This document shows, one piece after another, positions 9,423 through 20,160 of a DNA stretch of 64,000 bases. The notes under the pieces were generated by a model. The model ran no database searches, was not told the origin of the DNA, and saw only the letters and a list, made by a program, of their open reading frames with translations. The stretch's first letter is position 1. Each line of letters opens with the position of its first letter. Where the stretch lies: contig JAPWJZ010000008.1 in NCBI GenBank assembly GCA_028283745.1, positions 435,290 through 499,289 of the forward strand, read 5' to 3'. The position numbers and the translations under genes are program-made. Origin of the DNA: Micavibrio sp. GTDB lineage: Bacteria; Pseudomonadota; Alphaproteobacteria; Micavibrionales; UBA2020.

Positions 9423-10729
9423 TGTCCAACGTCCGCACGGTATTGCTTCTCGGCGCCGGCGGACGGGAACACGCGCTTGCCTGGAAAATGGCGCAATCAG
9501 CATCGCTTGACAATGTCTATGCCATGCCGGGGAATGACGGCATGGCCGCGCTTGCAAAAGTCACCTGCCTTGCGGGTGACCCTGCCGATACTAATACGGT
9601 GCTGGCAGCCATTGAAAAAACCGGCGCGGGCCTCGTCGTCATCGGCCCCGAAAAACCGCTGGATGCCGGCGTGGTCGACGCACTGGAAGCCCGCCAGATA
9701 CCTGTTATGGGCCCCCGCCGGGCCGCAGCGCAACTGGAAAGCTCGAAAATTTTCGCCAAGGAATTCATGACGTCCGTCGGCATTCCCACCGCCGGCTATG
9801 CCGTGTGCGACAGTCATGCCGCCGCGCTTGAGGCCTTGAAAGGCTGGAACGTGGACGGCGAGGGCGTCGTCATCAAGGCGGATGGCCTTGCCGCAGGCAA
9901 GGGGGTGGTGGTCACGCATGACCGCGCGGAAGCGGAGCGTACGGCCTATGACTTCATGGTCAACCCCGACTGCAGCGTTAAAAGCAGCCGTCTGTTGCTG
10001 GAAAAAAAGCTGAAGGGCAAGGAAGTTTCCGCCTTTGCGCTATGCGATGGTGAAACCTTTGTCACCCTCGGCTTTGTCTGCGATTACAAACGCGTGCGCG
10101 ATGGTGATGAGGGCCCGAATACCGGCGGCATGGGCGGCTACGCGCCGCAGGACTGGCCGTCGCCCGCCGCCCGCCAGTTCGTGCAGGATCATATCTTCCG
10201 CGCCGTCGTTGATGGCATGAAAAAACGCGGGCAACCCTTTCGCGGCGTGCTGTTCGCGGGGTTGATGATTGACGGCGAAGACGTAAATGTTATCGAATTC
10301 AATACCCGCTTCGGCGACCCAGAAACGCAAATTTTGATGCCGTTGCTGGAGGCCGATGTTTTACCGTTGTTCCTGCAGGCAGCTACCGGCACGCTGGCGC
10401 TGGCGGCGCCCGTGCATTTAAAAAACACGGCGGCCGTGCATGTCGTCATGGCCTCCGAAGGCTATCCGGAAACGCTAGGTACCGGCATGACGCTGGGGCA
10501 GGGCATTGATTTGCCCGAAGCCCTGCTGCAACAGGGCGGCAACGACAACGGCTTTCTTTTCATCATGGGGGCAAAGAAAAGCGCGGACGGCTGGACGAAT
10601 GCGGGCGGCCGCGTCCTCGGCATCACCGCGCTTGGCGACACCATAGATGCCGCGCGCCAAAAGGCCTACGATACTATCGGCCGCATCCGCTTCAAGGGTG
10701 CCCACTGGAGACGCGACATTGGCCGCTAA
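9422..10729 (+). CDS. purD: phosphoribosylamine--glycine ligase
   Basis: LLLGAGGREHALAWKMAQS N-terminus and ATP-grasp domain. TAATG overlap with purC. Confidence 0.95.
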   Translation: MSNVRTVLLLGAGGREHALAWKMAQSASLDNVYAMPGNDGMAALAKVTCLAGDPADTNTVLAAIEKTGAGLVVIGPEKPLDAGVVDALEARQIPVMGPRRAAAQLESSKIFAKEFMTSVGIPTAGYAVCDSHAAALEALKGWNVDGEGVVIKADGLAAGKGVVVTHDRAEAERTAYDFMVNPDCSVKSSRLLLEKKLKGKEVSAFALCDGETFVTLGFVCDYKRVRDGDEGPNTGGMGGYAPQDWPSPAARQFVQDHIFRAVVDGMKKRGQPFRGVLFAGLMIDGEDVNVIEFNTRFGDPETQILMPLLEADVLPLFLQAATGTLALAAPVHLKNTAAVHVVMASEGYPETLGTGMTLGQGIDLPEALLQQGGNDNGFLFIMGAKKSADGWTNAGGRVLGITALGDTIDAARQKAYDTIGRIRFKGAHWRRDIGR

Positions 10730-11399
10730 CCCGCCCATCCGCGCCGCGATACTGGCTTCCGGCAGCGGCTCGAACGCCGAAAATATCATGCGCCACTGCG
10801 CGCTCCTCCCAAACGTCACCATCGCCCTTATAATTACCGACCAGCCGCAAGCTGGGGTTATCCAGCGGGCAGCCGCGGCAGGCATTGACTGCATCGTTGT
10901 GCCGCGCGCCTCGGGCATGACGAAAGACGCGCATGAAGCAGAGCTTTTTGCCACGCTGAAGCAGCGGGGTGCTGACTGGCTGTTTCTTGCCGGCTATATG
11001 CGCATTCTGTCCGCAAATTTTCTGGCCGGGTTTTACGATGCGGTGCTGGGGCTTAACCGCGTCGTCAATATACATCCCTCCATGCTGCCGGCTTTCCCGG
11101 GTAAGGATGGTTATGGCGATGCTTTCAAGGCAAATGTCGCCACCTCCGGCGTGACGCTGCATTTTGTGGATGATGGCGTGGATACCGGACCCGTTATTTT
11201 GCAGCGCGCCTTTGACCGCCTGCCCGCCGACACGCTGGATGCTTTCCGCGCGCGCGGCCTTGCGCATGAATACGATATATACCGCACGTTCCTGAACCAC
11301 CTTGCCGCCGGTACCTGGGCTGTCAACGCGGTTGCGGGCGGCAAAAAAGAAATCCGCCTCGGCGGTACAGAGGAGGCGAAAAAATGGGCGCAGCTTTAG
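10719..11399 (+). CDS. purN: phosphoribosylglycinamide formyltransferase (start uncertain; TTG 10719 proposed)
   Basis: ILASGSGSN..ITD..HPSLLP motifs. No ATG or GTG lies between the purD stop and the conserved N-terminus. GGAG sits 8 nt upstream of TTG. Confidence 0.8.
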   Translation: MAANPPIRAAILASGSGSNAENIMRHCALLPNVTIALIITDQPQAGVIQRAAAAGIDCIVVPRASGMTKDAHEAELFATLKQRGADWLFLAGYMRILSANFLAGFYDAVLGLNRVVNIHPSMLPAFPGKDGYGDAFKANVATSGVTLHFVDDGVDTGPVILQRAFDRLPADTLDAFRARGLAHEYDIYRTFLNHLAAGTWAVNAVAGGKKEIRLGGTEEAKKWAQL

Positions 11400-14386
11400 G
11401 GCCGGCTTTAAGAATTGAAGTTCTCTCCACCATCCCCGACCGCCGCCTTGAAAAATGGGCTTCCGCCGCGCGAGAATACCTTGGCGTAAAGCTGCAGGGG
11501 CTGGAGGAAATTAAAGTCTACAAAGTCGCGCCCGCTACCGCCGCGAATGATACGCCCGCAAAAATCTCCGCCGTTTTTGCCGACCCAATTTTGCAAAAAG
11601 CCTATACCGCCGGCACAGCCTATGATTTTGGCGGCCGCACCCCCGCCTTCGTTGTCGAAGTATCCTATCGCCCCGGCGTGACGGATAACCCGGCCCGCGC
11701 CGCGGAGGAAGCGCTGACGCTTGCCGGCATGGAAGCGCAGGTTGCCAGTGGCAGTCTTTACTTCCTGTTCGGCGATATTGCGGCGGAAGACGCGCGTAAA
11801 ATTTCCCGCGACCTGCTGGCGAACGAGCTTATCCAGAAGGTGGATGTCTGGAACTTTGCCGAATTTTCAACGCTGCTGCGGTTCGACGGCGTGAAGCTGC
11901 CAAAGCCCGTCTTCGCCCACCCGCCGCTGGCGGAACCCGTGTCGCTGGCGCTGGATGATGCCGCGCTTGAAAAGCTCAGCAAAGACCGCTTTCTTGCCCT
12001 GACGCTGGAAGAAATCAAGCACATCCGCAGCTATTACGACGCGCCCGGTGTCATCGCCGCCCGCAAGGCGCAGGGCCTGCCCGCGCAGCCGACGGATGTC
12101 GAGCTTGAGGTTTTCGCCCAGACCTGGAGCGAGCATTGCAAACACAAAATTTTCTCCGCCGAAATTGCCTATAAAGGCCCGCAGGGCGAAGCTGCCACCA
12201 TCAACAGCCTTTATAAATCCTTCATCAAGCGCGCAACCAAAGACGTTGAAAAAGCCCGCGGCATCGACTGGCTTATTTCCGTCTTCAGCGACAATGCGGG
12301 CATTGTGCGGTTTGATAATAAAGTTGATTTGTGCATTAAGGTCGAAACGCACAACAGCCCCTCTGCGCTTGACCCGTACGGCGGCGCGCTCACCGGCATT
12401 CTGGGCGTGAACCGCGACATTCTGGGCTGCGGCCTTGGTGCGCGGCCCATTGCGAATACCGATGTGTTCTGCTTTGCTCCGCCCAGCCTTGGCCCCGCGG
12501 ACCAGCTGCCGGCCGGCCCCAAGCCGCCGCGCCGTATTCTGGAGGGGGTGCATAAAGGCGTTGAGGATGGCGGCAACAAAAGTGGCATTCCCACCGTTAA
12601 CGGCGCATTCTTTTTTGACCGTGATTATGCCGGCAAGCCGCTGGTTTTTGTCGGCACCGTCGGTGTTATGCCGCCGTTGCTGCCCAGCGGCAGGTCTTCG
12701 GCGGAGAAAAAACTTTCCGTCGGCGACCGTATTTTTATGGTCGGCGGTGCGATTGGCGCGGATGGCATTCACGGCGCAACCTTCAGCTCGCTCGAGCTGG
12801 ATGATAACGCGCCCGCGACAGCCGTGCAGATTGGCGACCCGCTGACGCAAAAACGGATGATGGATTTTTTGCTGGAAGCCCGCGACCTTGGCCTTTTCAG
12901 CGCGCTGACGGATAATGGCGCAGGCGGGCTTAGCTCCAGCGTGGGTGAAATGGCGCAAATGTCGAACGGCGCAAATCTTGACCTTGCCAAATGCCCCGTC
13001 AAATACCCCGGCCTGTCACCGTGGGAGCTGATGGTGAGCGAAAGCCAGGAACGTATGACCGTGGCTGTGCCGCCCGCACAGGCCGAAGCCTTCGCGGCGC
13101 TCGCCGCGCGCCGCTCTGTTTCCGCCAGCGACATTGGCGCGTTTGATGACAGCGGCCTTTTGACGGTTTATTACAACGGCACGCTCACCGGCGCCTTGCC
13201 GCTGCATTTCCTGCATGAATCGCTGCCGCAAATGAAGCTGGCTGCCGAATGGCAGGGGCCGAAGGCGCGGGTGAACTGGTCTGCCACCACCGCCTTGAAT
13301 GACAAACGCCTGCCGCCGCCCGCGCGCGTGACGGACGCCTTGGTCCTGCTGCTGCAACGCCCCAACATTACCTCGAAGGAAAAATGGGTGCGCGCCTATG
13401 ACCATGAAGTGCAGGCGGCCACCCACCTGAAGCCTTTTAGCGGCGCTGCGGCGGATGGCCCGTCGGACGCGGGCGTGATCTGGCTGAAGCCGCATGGCGG
13501 CAGTGAAGATGCCGGCGTTGCCATCGGTTGCGGCATGGCGCCGCGCCTGTCGCTGCAAGACCCGTATATAATGGCGCAATACGCGGTGGATGAAGCTGTG
13601 CGTAACGTTGTCGTTGCTGGCGGCAACCCGGATATGCTTTGCCTGCTGGATAACTTCTGCTGGCCCGACCCGGTCGCGAGCGCGAAAAACCCCGAAGGTG
13701 CCTACAAGCTGGGCCAGCTGGTGCGTACCTGCCAGGGGCTTTACGATATTTGCCTTGGTTACGGCGCGCCGCTGGTGAGCGGCAAGGACAGCATGAAAAA
13801 CGACTACCGCGGCAAAGACGGGCGCGGGCAGGATGTTGCCGTCAGCTGCCTGCCAACGCTGATGGTCACCGCCATGGCCCGCACGCAAATGGGCAGTGGC
13901 GTTTCCAGCGGCTTCCGCGCGGCGGGTGATTACATTTATGTACTGGGCGGCATTGGCGCTGGCGGCCTTGCGGCAACTGAATACGAAGCGGCGTTCGAGG
14001 GCGAGGCGAAAGCCGCTGCGCCGCTGGATGTTGCTGCGAACCTGCAACGCTACCGCCAGTTCCACGCCGCGCTGAATGCGAAATTGATTTCCTCCGCCCA
14101 CGACATTTCGGAAGGTGGCCTGTTGGTGGCTGTAGCCGAAAGCATGATTGCGGGCCGGTCGGGCGCGCAGCTGGATGTTGCGGCAGATGCTGCCGTACTG
14201 TTCAGCGAAGGGGCGGGCCGTATTGTGGTTAGCGTATCCCCGCAAAGCGTGGCAGCGTTTGAAAAAGCATTTGAAGGCGGCGCGGTTGCCAAAATTGGCA
14301 CCGTAACGGCGGATACGACACTGCAGGTTGCCGGCGAAAGCGTGGATTTGCAAACGCTGGTCACCGCCTGGAAGAAAGGGTTTTAA
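11384..14386 (+). CDS. purL: FGAM synthase II with fused N-terminal PurS-like domain (PurSL)
   Basis: 1000 aa. N-terminal ~190 aa includes a PurS-like segment (VTDNPARAAEEAL..DLLANELIQKVDV), followed by PurL AIRS-type domains. Strong RBS GAGGAGG precedes the ATG. Confidence 0.9.
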   Translation: MGAALGPALRIEVLSTIPDRRLEKWASAAREYLGVKLQGLEEIKVYKVAPATAANDTPAKISAVFADPILQKAYTAGTAYDFGGRTPAFVVEVSYRPGVTDNPARAAEEALTLAGMEAQVASGSLYFLFGDIAAEDARKISRDLLANELIQKVDVWNFAEFSTLLRFDGVKLPKPVFAHPPLAEPVSLALDDAALEKLSKDRFLALTLEEIKHIRSYYDAPGVIAARKAQGLPAQPTDVELEVFAQTWSEHCKHKIFSAEIAYKGPQGEAATINSLYKSFIKRATKDVEKARGIDWLISVFSDNAGIVRFDNKVDLCIKVETHNSPSALDPYGGALTGILGVNRDILGCGLGARPIANTDVFCFAPPSLGPADQLPAGPKPPRRILEGVHKGVEDGGNKSGIPTVNGAFFFDRDYAGKPLVFVGTVGVMPPLLPSGRSSAEKKLSVGDRIFMVGGAIGADGIHGATFSSLELDDNAPATAVQIGDPLTQKRMMDFLLEARDLGLFSALTDNGAGGLSSSVGEMAQMSNGANLDLAKCPVKYPGLSPWELMVSESQERMTVAVPPAQAEAFAALAARRSVSASDIGAFDDSGLLTVYYNGTLTGALPLHFLHESLPQMKLAAEWQGPKARVNWSATTALNDKRLPPPARVTDALVLLLQRPNITSKEKWVRAYDHEVQAATHLKPFSGAAADGPSDAGVIWLKPHGGSEDAGVAIGCGMAPRLSLQDPYIMAQYAVDEAVRNVVVAGGNPDMLCLLDNFCWPDPVASAKNPEGAYKLGQLVRTCQGLYDICLGYGAPLVSGKDSMKNDYRGKDGRGQDVAVSCLPTLMVTAMARTQMGSGVSSGFRAAGDYIYVLGGIGAGGLAATEYEAAFEGEAKAAAPLDVAANLQRYRQFHAALNAKLISSAHDISEGGLLVAVAESMIAGRSGAQLDVAADAAVLFSEGAGRIVVSVSPQSVAAFEKAFEGGAVAKIGTVTADTTLQVAGESVDLQTLVTAWKKGF

Positions 14387-14389
14387 GCC

Positions 14390-15181
14390 ATGAAGAAGCC
14401 GCTTTTTATCGTTTTGTCGGGTGATGGCATTAATTGCGAGCGTGAAACCGCATTTGCCCTGAATTTCAGCGGCGCTGAAACTAAAATCATCCACGTGAAC
14501 GACCTGCTGGCCGCGCCCGAGAGCTTGAAAACGGCAGATGGTTTTGCCATTCCCGGCGGTTTTTCCTTCGGGGATGAACTGGGCAGCGGGCAGATTCTTG
14601 CGCTGAAAATCCGCCACAAGCTGGGCGACAGCTTTTTCAAAATGGTGGCGGCTAAAAAGCCGGTCATTGGCATTTGCAACGGCTTTCAGGTGCTGGTGAA
14701 GCTGGGCCTGCTGCCGTATCCTGATGCTAAGGAGCGTATCCTGGCGCTTGCCGCAAACGAGCAGGGCAGCTTTATTAACCGCTGGGTGAGTTTAAACGTA
14801 AACAAGCAAAGCGTTTGCCAGTGGACGCAGGGTCTGGACAAAGCCACACTCGACCTGCCCATCCGCCACGGGGAAGGGCGTATTGCCTTTGCCAAGGGCA
14901 CGGAAGAAGCGCACTACAGCGATTTGCAGCAGCGCGGGCTTATTCCGCTCACCTATACCGAAGACGTCAACGGGTCATACGGGCGCATTGCCGCGCTGAC
15001 CGACCCGTCCGGCGCGGTGCTGGGGCTGATGCCGCACCCCGAGGCATTTATGTTTGGCGAAACTTTTAAAACACCGTCGGCTGAAGCGGCGGGAACGCGC
15101 GGTGACGGCGCGCTTATTTTCAAAAATATGCTCCGTATCATGAAGGGTGAGGAAAACAGCAATGAACGACGTTTCGGTTAA
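14390..15181 (+). CDS. purQ: FGAM synthase glutaminase subunit
   Basis: GINCERE..GICNGFQ..HGEGR motifs (class I GATase). Confidence 0.9.
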   Translation: MKKPLFIVLSGDGINCERETAFALNFSGAETKIIHVNDLLAAPESLKTADGFAIPGGFSFGDELGSGQILALKIRHKLGDSFFKMVAAKKPVIGICNGFQVLVKLGLLPYPDAKERILALAANEQGSFINRWVSLNVNKQSVCQWTQGLDKATLDLPIRHGEGRIAFAKGTEEAHYSDLQQRGLIPLTYTEDVNGSYGRIAALTDPSGAVLGLMPHPEAFMFGETFKTPSAEAAGTRGDGALIFKNMLRIMKGEENSNERRFG

Positions 15182-16739
15182 GCGCGCGCTGATTAGCGTG
15201 AGCGACAAGGCAGGTCTTGAAGACATCGCGGCAAAACTGCATGCCCGCGGGGTGGAAATTATTTCATCCGGCGGTACGGGCAAGTTTTTGGAAGGCGCCG
15301 GCATTCCCTACACGCCCGTTGAAAAAGTCACGGGCAACCCCGAAGCCTTCGGCGGCCGCATGAAGACCTTGAGCTTCCAGATTTCAAGCGCCTTGCTGTT
15401 CCGCCGCAACCATGCGGAAGATATCAAGCAGGCGGCGGCGCTGAACATCCAGCCCATTGACCTTGTAATTTGCAACCTGTATCCCTTCGAGGCCGTCGCC
15501 AAAAAGACGGACGACTGGGCGGAAATTATCGAGAATATCGACGTTGGCGGCCCCACCATGATCCGCGCGGCGGCAAAAAATTATGAAAGCGTCGCTGTCA
15601 TCACCAACCCCGCGCAATACGGCATGGTCATTCGCGACCTGAATGAAACCGGCGGCGCAGTGCGCGCCGAGACGCGCGCGAAGCTGGCGCTTGAGGCCTT
15701 CCGCCATACGTCGGAATACGATGGCCTTATTACCGCCAAGATGGAAGAAAAGATGGGCGAGGAACAGCGTACTATCGTTATTCCCGCACGCACGGGCAGG
15801 CCCTTGCGCTACGGCGAAAACCCGCACCAGAAATCGTGGCTGCATGCAGATCCCTTCAATGCGGGTCTTGCCGGTGCAGTGCCGGTGCAGGGCAAGGAAC
15901 TTTCCTACAACAACCTGCTGGATGCAGATGCCGCATGGCGCAGCTGCGGCGATGTTGCGGGGCTTGGCGTTGCGGAATACCCGGCGGCTGTTTCCATCAT
16001 CAAGCACCTCAGCCCCTGCGGTATGGCGCTTGCCAAAACGCCGCTGGAAGCGCTTGAGGAAGCCTGGGCGGGCGACCCCATCAGCAGCTTTGGCGGCATT
16101 CTTGCGTTCAACATGGAAGTCGGCGCGGATATTGCAAATTGGCTGTCGAACCGCTTTGTCGAGGTCATCGTCGCGCCGTCCTTCAGCGCGGATGCGTTGA
16201 AGGTTTTTGCGGCAAAGCCTAACCTGCGCCTGCTGGCGCTGCCGACGTATAAGGGCACGGAAAAATCGCACGTGGTGCGCTCCGTTTCCGGCGGCTGGCT
16301 GGTGCAGCAGGAAGATGAAGGGGCTGACGCCGACTTCAAACCCATGACCGGCAACGGCTTCCCGACCGAAAAAGCAATCCTGGCGCGTTTTGGCGTGATG
16401 GCCTGCAAACACCTCAAAAGCAACGCGATTGGCTTGTTCCTGCAGGGCGCGAGGGGGCTTAGCATGATTGGCGCGGGCATGGGTAACCCCAACCGCCTTG
16501 TCAGCATGAAGCAGGCGGTCGAAAAGGCGCATGAAAACGGGCATAAAGATTTGGGGCAGGCCGTGCTTGTTTCTGATGCCTTCTTCCCGTTCCCCGATAA
16601 CATCGGCATCGCGGCGGCGGCGGGCGTGCGTTACATCGTGCAGCCGGGCGGCAGCGTGAAGGACAAGGATGTCATTTCCGCCTGCAACGAAAACGGCATT
16701 GCCATGACCTTTACGGGTCGCCGCCACTTCCGCCATTAA
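15162..16739 (+). CDS. purH: bifunctional AICAR transformylase/IMP cyclohydrolase
   Basis: KRALISVSDKAGL MGS-like domain plus AICARFT domain. Start taken at the Met preceded by GAGGAAA. Confidence 0.9.
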   Translation: MNDVSVKRALISVSDKAGLEDIAAKLHARGVEIISSGGTGKFLEGAGIPYTPVEKVTGNPEAFGGRMKTLSFQISSALLFRRNHAEDIKQAAALNIQPIDLVICNLYPFEAVAKKTDDWAEIIENIDVGGPTMIRAAAKNYESVAVITNPAQYGMVIRDLNETGGAVRAETRAKLALEAFRHTSEYDGLITAKMEEKMGEEQRTIVIPARTGRPLRYGENPHQKSWLHADPFNAGLAGAVPVQGKELSYNNLLDADAAWRSCGDVAGLGVAEYPAAVSIIKHLSPCGMALAKTPLEALEEAWAGDPISSFGGILAFNMEVGADIANWLSNRFVEVIVAPSFSADALKVFAAKPNLRLLALPTYKGTEKSHVVRSVSGGWLVQQEDEGADADFKPMTGNGFPTEKAILARFGVMACKHLKSNAIGLFLQGARGLSMIGAGMGNPNRLVSMKQAVEKAHENGHKDLGQAVLVSDAFFPFPDNIGIAAAAGVRYIVQPGGSVKDKDVISACNENGIAMTFTGRRHFRH

Positions 16740-16750
16740 GGAACCCCGCC

Positions 16751-17758
16751 ATGAGCAGCCAGCAAAAAATCACCTACAAAGACGCCGGTGTTGATATTGA
16801 ACGCGGGGATGAATTTGTAGAGCGCATTAAAAAGCGCGTGCAAAGCACCTATAACGACCGCGTTATGTCGGGCGTGGGCGGCTTTGCGGCGCTTTATAAA
16901 ATGGGCGCGGACCGTTTGCTGGCCGCAGGCACCGACGGCGTCGGCACCAAGGTAAAAATTGCGCAGATGCTGGGCAAGCATGACACCATCGGCATCGACC
17001 TTGTTGCCATGTGCGTGAACGATGTGATCTGCACCGGTGCAAAGCCCATGTTCTTCCTGGATTACCTTGCGACCGGCAAGCTGGAGCTGCACGTGGCGGA
17101 AGAAATTATTACCGGCGTGGTGGAGGGCTGCAAGCAATCCGAAGCCGCGCTGATTGGCGGCGAAACGGCGGAAATGCCGGGGCTGTACGGTGTTGGTGAA
17201 TATGACCTTGCCGGTTTCTGCGTCGGCGAAGTTGAAACGAAAGCGCTGGTGGATGGCAGCCGGCTGAAAGACGGCGATACGTTGATTGCCCTGCCGTCAT
17301 CCGGCATTCACTCCAACGGCTATTCGCTGGTGCGCAAGCTGATTAAAGACAGCGAAACGGACTTGCTGAAAACAGCGCTCACCCCCACGCGCATTTACTG
17401 GAGCGTGGTGCGCGAGGTGCTGCCGCTTGTGAACGGTATGGCGCATATTACGGGCGGCGGGCTTGGCAATATTCCGCGAATCAACATGGGTTTTGACTTC
17501 AGGCTGGATTACCTGCCGGGTCTTGATGAAACCCCCGCGATTTTTGGCGAAATGGTAAAGCGCTCCGGCATGGAAGGGCGCGAACTGCATGAAACCTTCA
17601 ACATGGGCATCGGCTTTGTTTTTGCAACTTCGCAGCCGGATGCGCTGAAGGCGAAACTTTCGGCCTTGAACCAGCCCTTCTGGGTTATTGGCCATGCCGC
17701 CGCGAACGGCGTGGGCAACGCGGTTGTAAAAACCAAAACGCTCGATTTCAGCTGTTGA
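16751..17758 (+). CDS. purM: AIR synthetase
   Basis: ITYKDAGVDIERGDEFVERIK N-terminus and PurM fold. Confidence 0.95.
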   Translation: MSSQQKITYKDAGVDIERGDEFVERIKKRVQSTYNDRVMSGVGGFAALYKMGADRLLAAGTDGVGTKVKIAQMLGKHDTIGIDLVAMCVNDVICTGAKPMFFLDYLATGKLELHVAEEIITGVVEGCKQSEAALIGGETAEMPGLYGVGEYDLAGFCVGEVETKALVDGSRLKDGDTLIALPSSGIHSNGYSLVRKLIKDSETDLLKTALTPTRIYWSVVREVLPLVNGMAHITGGGLGNIPRINMGFDFRLDYLPGLDETPAIFGEMVKRSGMEGRELHETFNMGIGFVFATSQPDALKAKLSALNQPFWVIGHAAANGVGNAVVKTKTLDFSC

Positions 17759-17759
17759 T

Positions 17760-18332
17760 TTAGTGCAGCAGGCCCAGGTGTTCAACCAGGGTTTGCGTGC
17801 CAAGGAAGATCAGCATCGCGCCGCCGCACAGCTCGGCGATTTTGCCGAAGCGCGCGCCCACGTATTGCCCCATCATCATCCCAATCGTCACCATGAGGAA
17901 CGTCGCAAGGCCGATGGCGGCAGCGGTAAGGCCGATTTCCGACCCGAGGATGGAAATGGTCACGCCCACCGCCATTGAATCAATGCTGGTGGCAAAGGCG
18001 GTGAGGACAAGCTGTCCCAGGCCGTGGCGCTGGGGCTTTTCATCGTCTTCGGTTTTCTGCACGCCTTCATAAATCATCTTCGCGCCGATAAGGCCGAGGA
18101 CGATAAAAGCGATCCAGTGGTCAATGGCGGCAACATAGCTGCTGGCGGCAATGCCAATGGCCCAGCCAATGAGCGGTGTTGCGGCTTCAATGCTGCCAAA
18201 AATGGCGCCGGTGCGAAGCGCTTCCGAAAAGCGCGGCTTGTGCAGGGCTGCGCCCTTGCCGATGGAAACGGCAAAAGCATCTGTCGACATGCTGAAGGCC
18301 AGCACGGCTGTTGCGAGAAGATTGACGGTCAT
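17760..18332 (-). CDS. mntP: manganese efflux pump MntP (DUF204)
   Basis: LLATAVLAFSMSTDAFAVSIGKGA and the repeated DSMAVG motif. Start set at the Met matching the family N-terminus. Confidence 0.8.
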   Translation of the reverse strand: MTVNLLATAVLAFSMSTDAFAVSIGKGAALHKPRFSEALRTGAIFGSIEAATPLIGWAIGIAASSYVAAIDHWIAFIVLGLIGAKMIYEGVQKTEDDEKPQRHGLGQLVLTAFATSIDSMAVGVTISILGSEIGLTAAAIGLATFLMVTIGMMMGQYVGARFGKIAELCGGAMLIFLGTQTLVEHLGLLH

Positions 18333-18394
18333 TTTGTTTAAAAACTCCGCCCGGCGAAAGAGACGACACAATCCAAGCTCAAGGGCCTGCCGAG

Positions 18395-18530
18395 TGAACG
18401 GCCCTTGTGGATTGTATCAGTCTCGCCAAACGGAAAATCCGCCAGCAGGACCATGCAGCGAACTGCAAGTATGTTGACCCTGCTCCACGGGGATGGAATG
18501 TGGAGGCTACTCCCCGATAACTAAGCGATT
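18395..18530 (-). ncRNA. yybP-ykoY (Mn2+) riboswitch-like leader of mntP
   Basis: Minus-strand leader contains GGGGAGUAGCC, CAACAUACUUG and UUGGCGAGACUG segments. These match conserved blocks of the yybP-ykoY motif. It lies directly upstream of mntP, the canonical regulated gene. Confidence 0.55.
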
Positions 18531-18639
18531 GTATAGCAGTCGATTCCAGCCGAAGTCAACCAATAATTCAGGACTAAATTTGTCCTGTAATTTATTGAAT
18601 GATTAGAGCGGTTAAACACGCGCCTTTAATCTGCCCGCC

Positions 18640-20160
18640 TTAATCTGCACGGTAGTTCGGCGCTTCTTTCGTAATCGTCACGTCATGCACGTGGCTTTCG
18701 CGGTAGCCCGCGCCCGTCATGCGGATGAACTGCGCCTTTTCCTTCATCTCCGGAATGGTTTTGGCGCCGGTGTAACCCATGGAAGCACGCAGGCCGCCGA
18801 CCATCTGGTGAATGACGTTGGCGATGGGGCCTTTGCTCGGCACGCGGCCTTCAACGCCTTCCGGCACCAGCTTTTGCGATTCCTTGACGCTGCCTTGCGA
18901 ATAGCGGTCGGCGGAACCGCGCACCATCGCGCCGACAGAACCCATGCCGCGGTATGATTTATAGGAGCGGCCCTGGTAAAGAATGACTTCACCGGGTGCT
19001 TCATCCGTGCCTGCGAAAATGCCGCCCATCATCACGCAATCCGCGCCCGCCGCAATCGCTTTGGCAAGGTCGCCGGATGATTTAATGCCGCCGTCCGCAA
19101 TCACCGGCACATCGTGGCGCATGGCGACGGTGGCAACATCCATGACGGCGGTCAGCTGCGGCACGCCCACACCCGCCACCACGCGCGTGGTGCAGATGGA
19201 CCCGGGGCCGATGCCGACTTTAAGCCCGTCAACGCCCGCGTCAATCAGCGCCTTTGCGGCATCGCCGGTTGCGATATTGCCGGCGATGATCTGCACGCGG
19301 TTGTTGTGGCGGCGCAGGCGCTTCACCATGTCGATCACGTGCTTGGAATGGCCGTGCGCGGTGTCGACGACGATAAGGTCGATATCCGCATCCATCAGCG
19401 CTTCGGCGCGGGCAAAGTTGCCGTCGCCCGTGCCAATGGCGGCGCCGGTGCGCAGGCGGCCTTCTTCGTCTTTCGCGGCGGTCGGGTGCAACTGCGCTTT
19501 TTCAATGTCTTTCACGGTGAAAAGGCCAATGCAGCGCTCGTCATTATCGACCACCAGCAGCTTTTCAATGCGGTGCTTGTGCAGCAGCTTCTTCGCCTTA
19601 TCTTTATCAACCGTGTTGTAAACCTTGACGAGATTTTCCGACGTCATCAGTTCGCGGATGGGCTGCTTTTTGTTGTCGGCAAAGCGCACGTCGCGGTTGG
19701 TGAGAATGCCGACAAGCTTGCCGTTCGCCTTCGTGACCGGCACGCCGGAAATGCGGTAACGCTGCATCAGCTCAAGCGCTTCGGCAAGCGGCGCATCCGG
19801 GTTGATGGTAATGGGGTTCAGCACCATGCCCGATTCATAACGCTTCACGCGGCGCACCTGTTCGGCCTGCGCCTCCGCATCCATGTTGCGGTGAATGATG
19901 CCCATGCCGCCCGCCTGCGCGAGCGCAATGGCGGCTTCCGCTTCCGTCACCGTATCCATCGCGGCGGAAAGGAGGGGGATGTTCAATGAAATCGTCTTGG
20001 TGATGCGGGTGGAGGTATCTGCCTCCAGCGGCTGAATTTCAGATGCGCCCGGCAGCAGCAGCACATCATCAAACGTCAACCCTTCCGTCTTGCGGATTTT
20101 GTCATGCAGGTTGATGGAAACGGCTTTTTTGCGGGGGGCGGTCTTTTTCATGGCAATCAT
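18640..20160 (-). CDS. guaB: IMP dehydrogenase
   Basis: [11 protein letters not shown] and CBS pair; catalytic Cys loop [11 protein letters not shown]. Confidence 0.95.
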   Translation of the reverse strand: MIAMKKTAPRKKAVSINLHDKIRKTEGLTFDDVLLLPGASEIQPLEADTSTRITKTISLNIPLLSAAMDTVTEAEAAIALAQAGGMGIIHRNMDAEAQAEQVRRVKRYESGMVLNPITINPDAPLAEALELMQRYRISGVPVTKANGKLVGILTNRDVRFADNKKQPIRELMTSENLVKVYNTVDKDKAKKLLHKHRIEKLLVVDNDERCIGLFTVKDIEKAQLHPTAAKDEEGRLRTGAAIGTGDGNFARAEALMDADIDLIVVDTAHGHSKHVIDMVKRLRRHNNRVQIIAGNIATGDAAKALIDAGVDGLKVGIGPGSICTTRVVAGVGVPQLTAVMDVATVAMRHDVPVIADGGIKSSGDLAKAIAAGADCVMMGGIFAGTDEAPGEVILYQGRSYKSYRGMGSVGAMVRGSADRYSQGSVKESQKLVPEGVEGRVPSKGPIANVIHQMVGGLRASMGYTGAKTIPEMKEKAQFIRMTGAGYRESHVHDVTITKEAPNYRAD

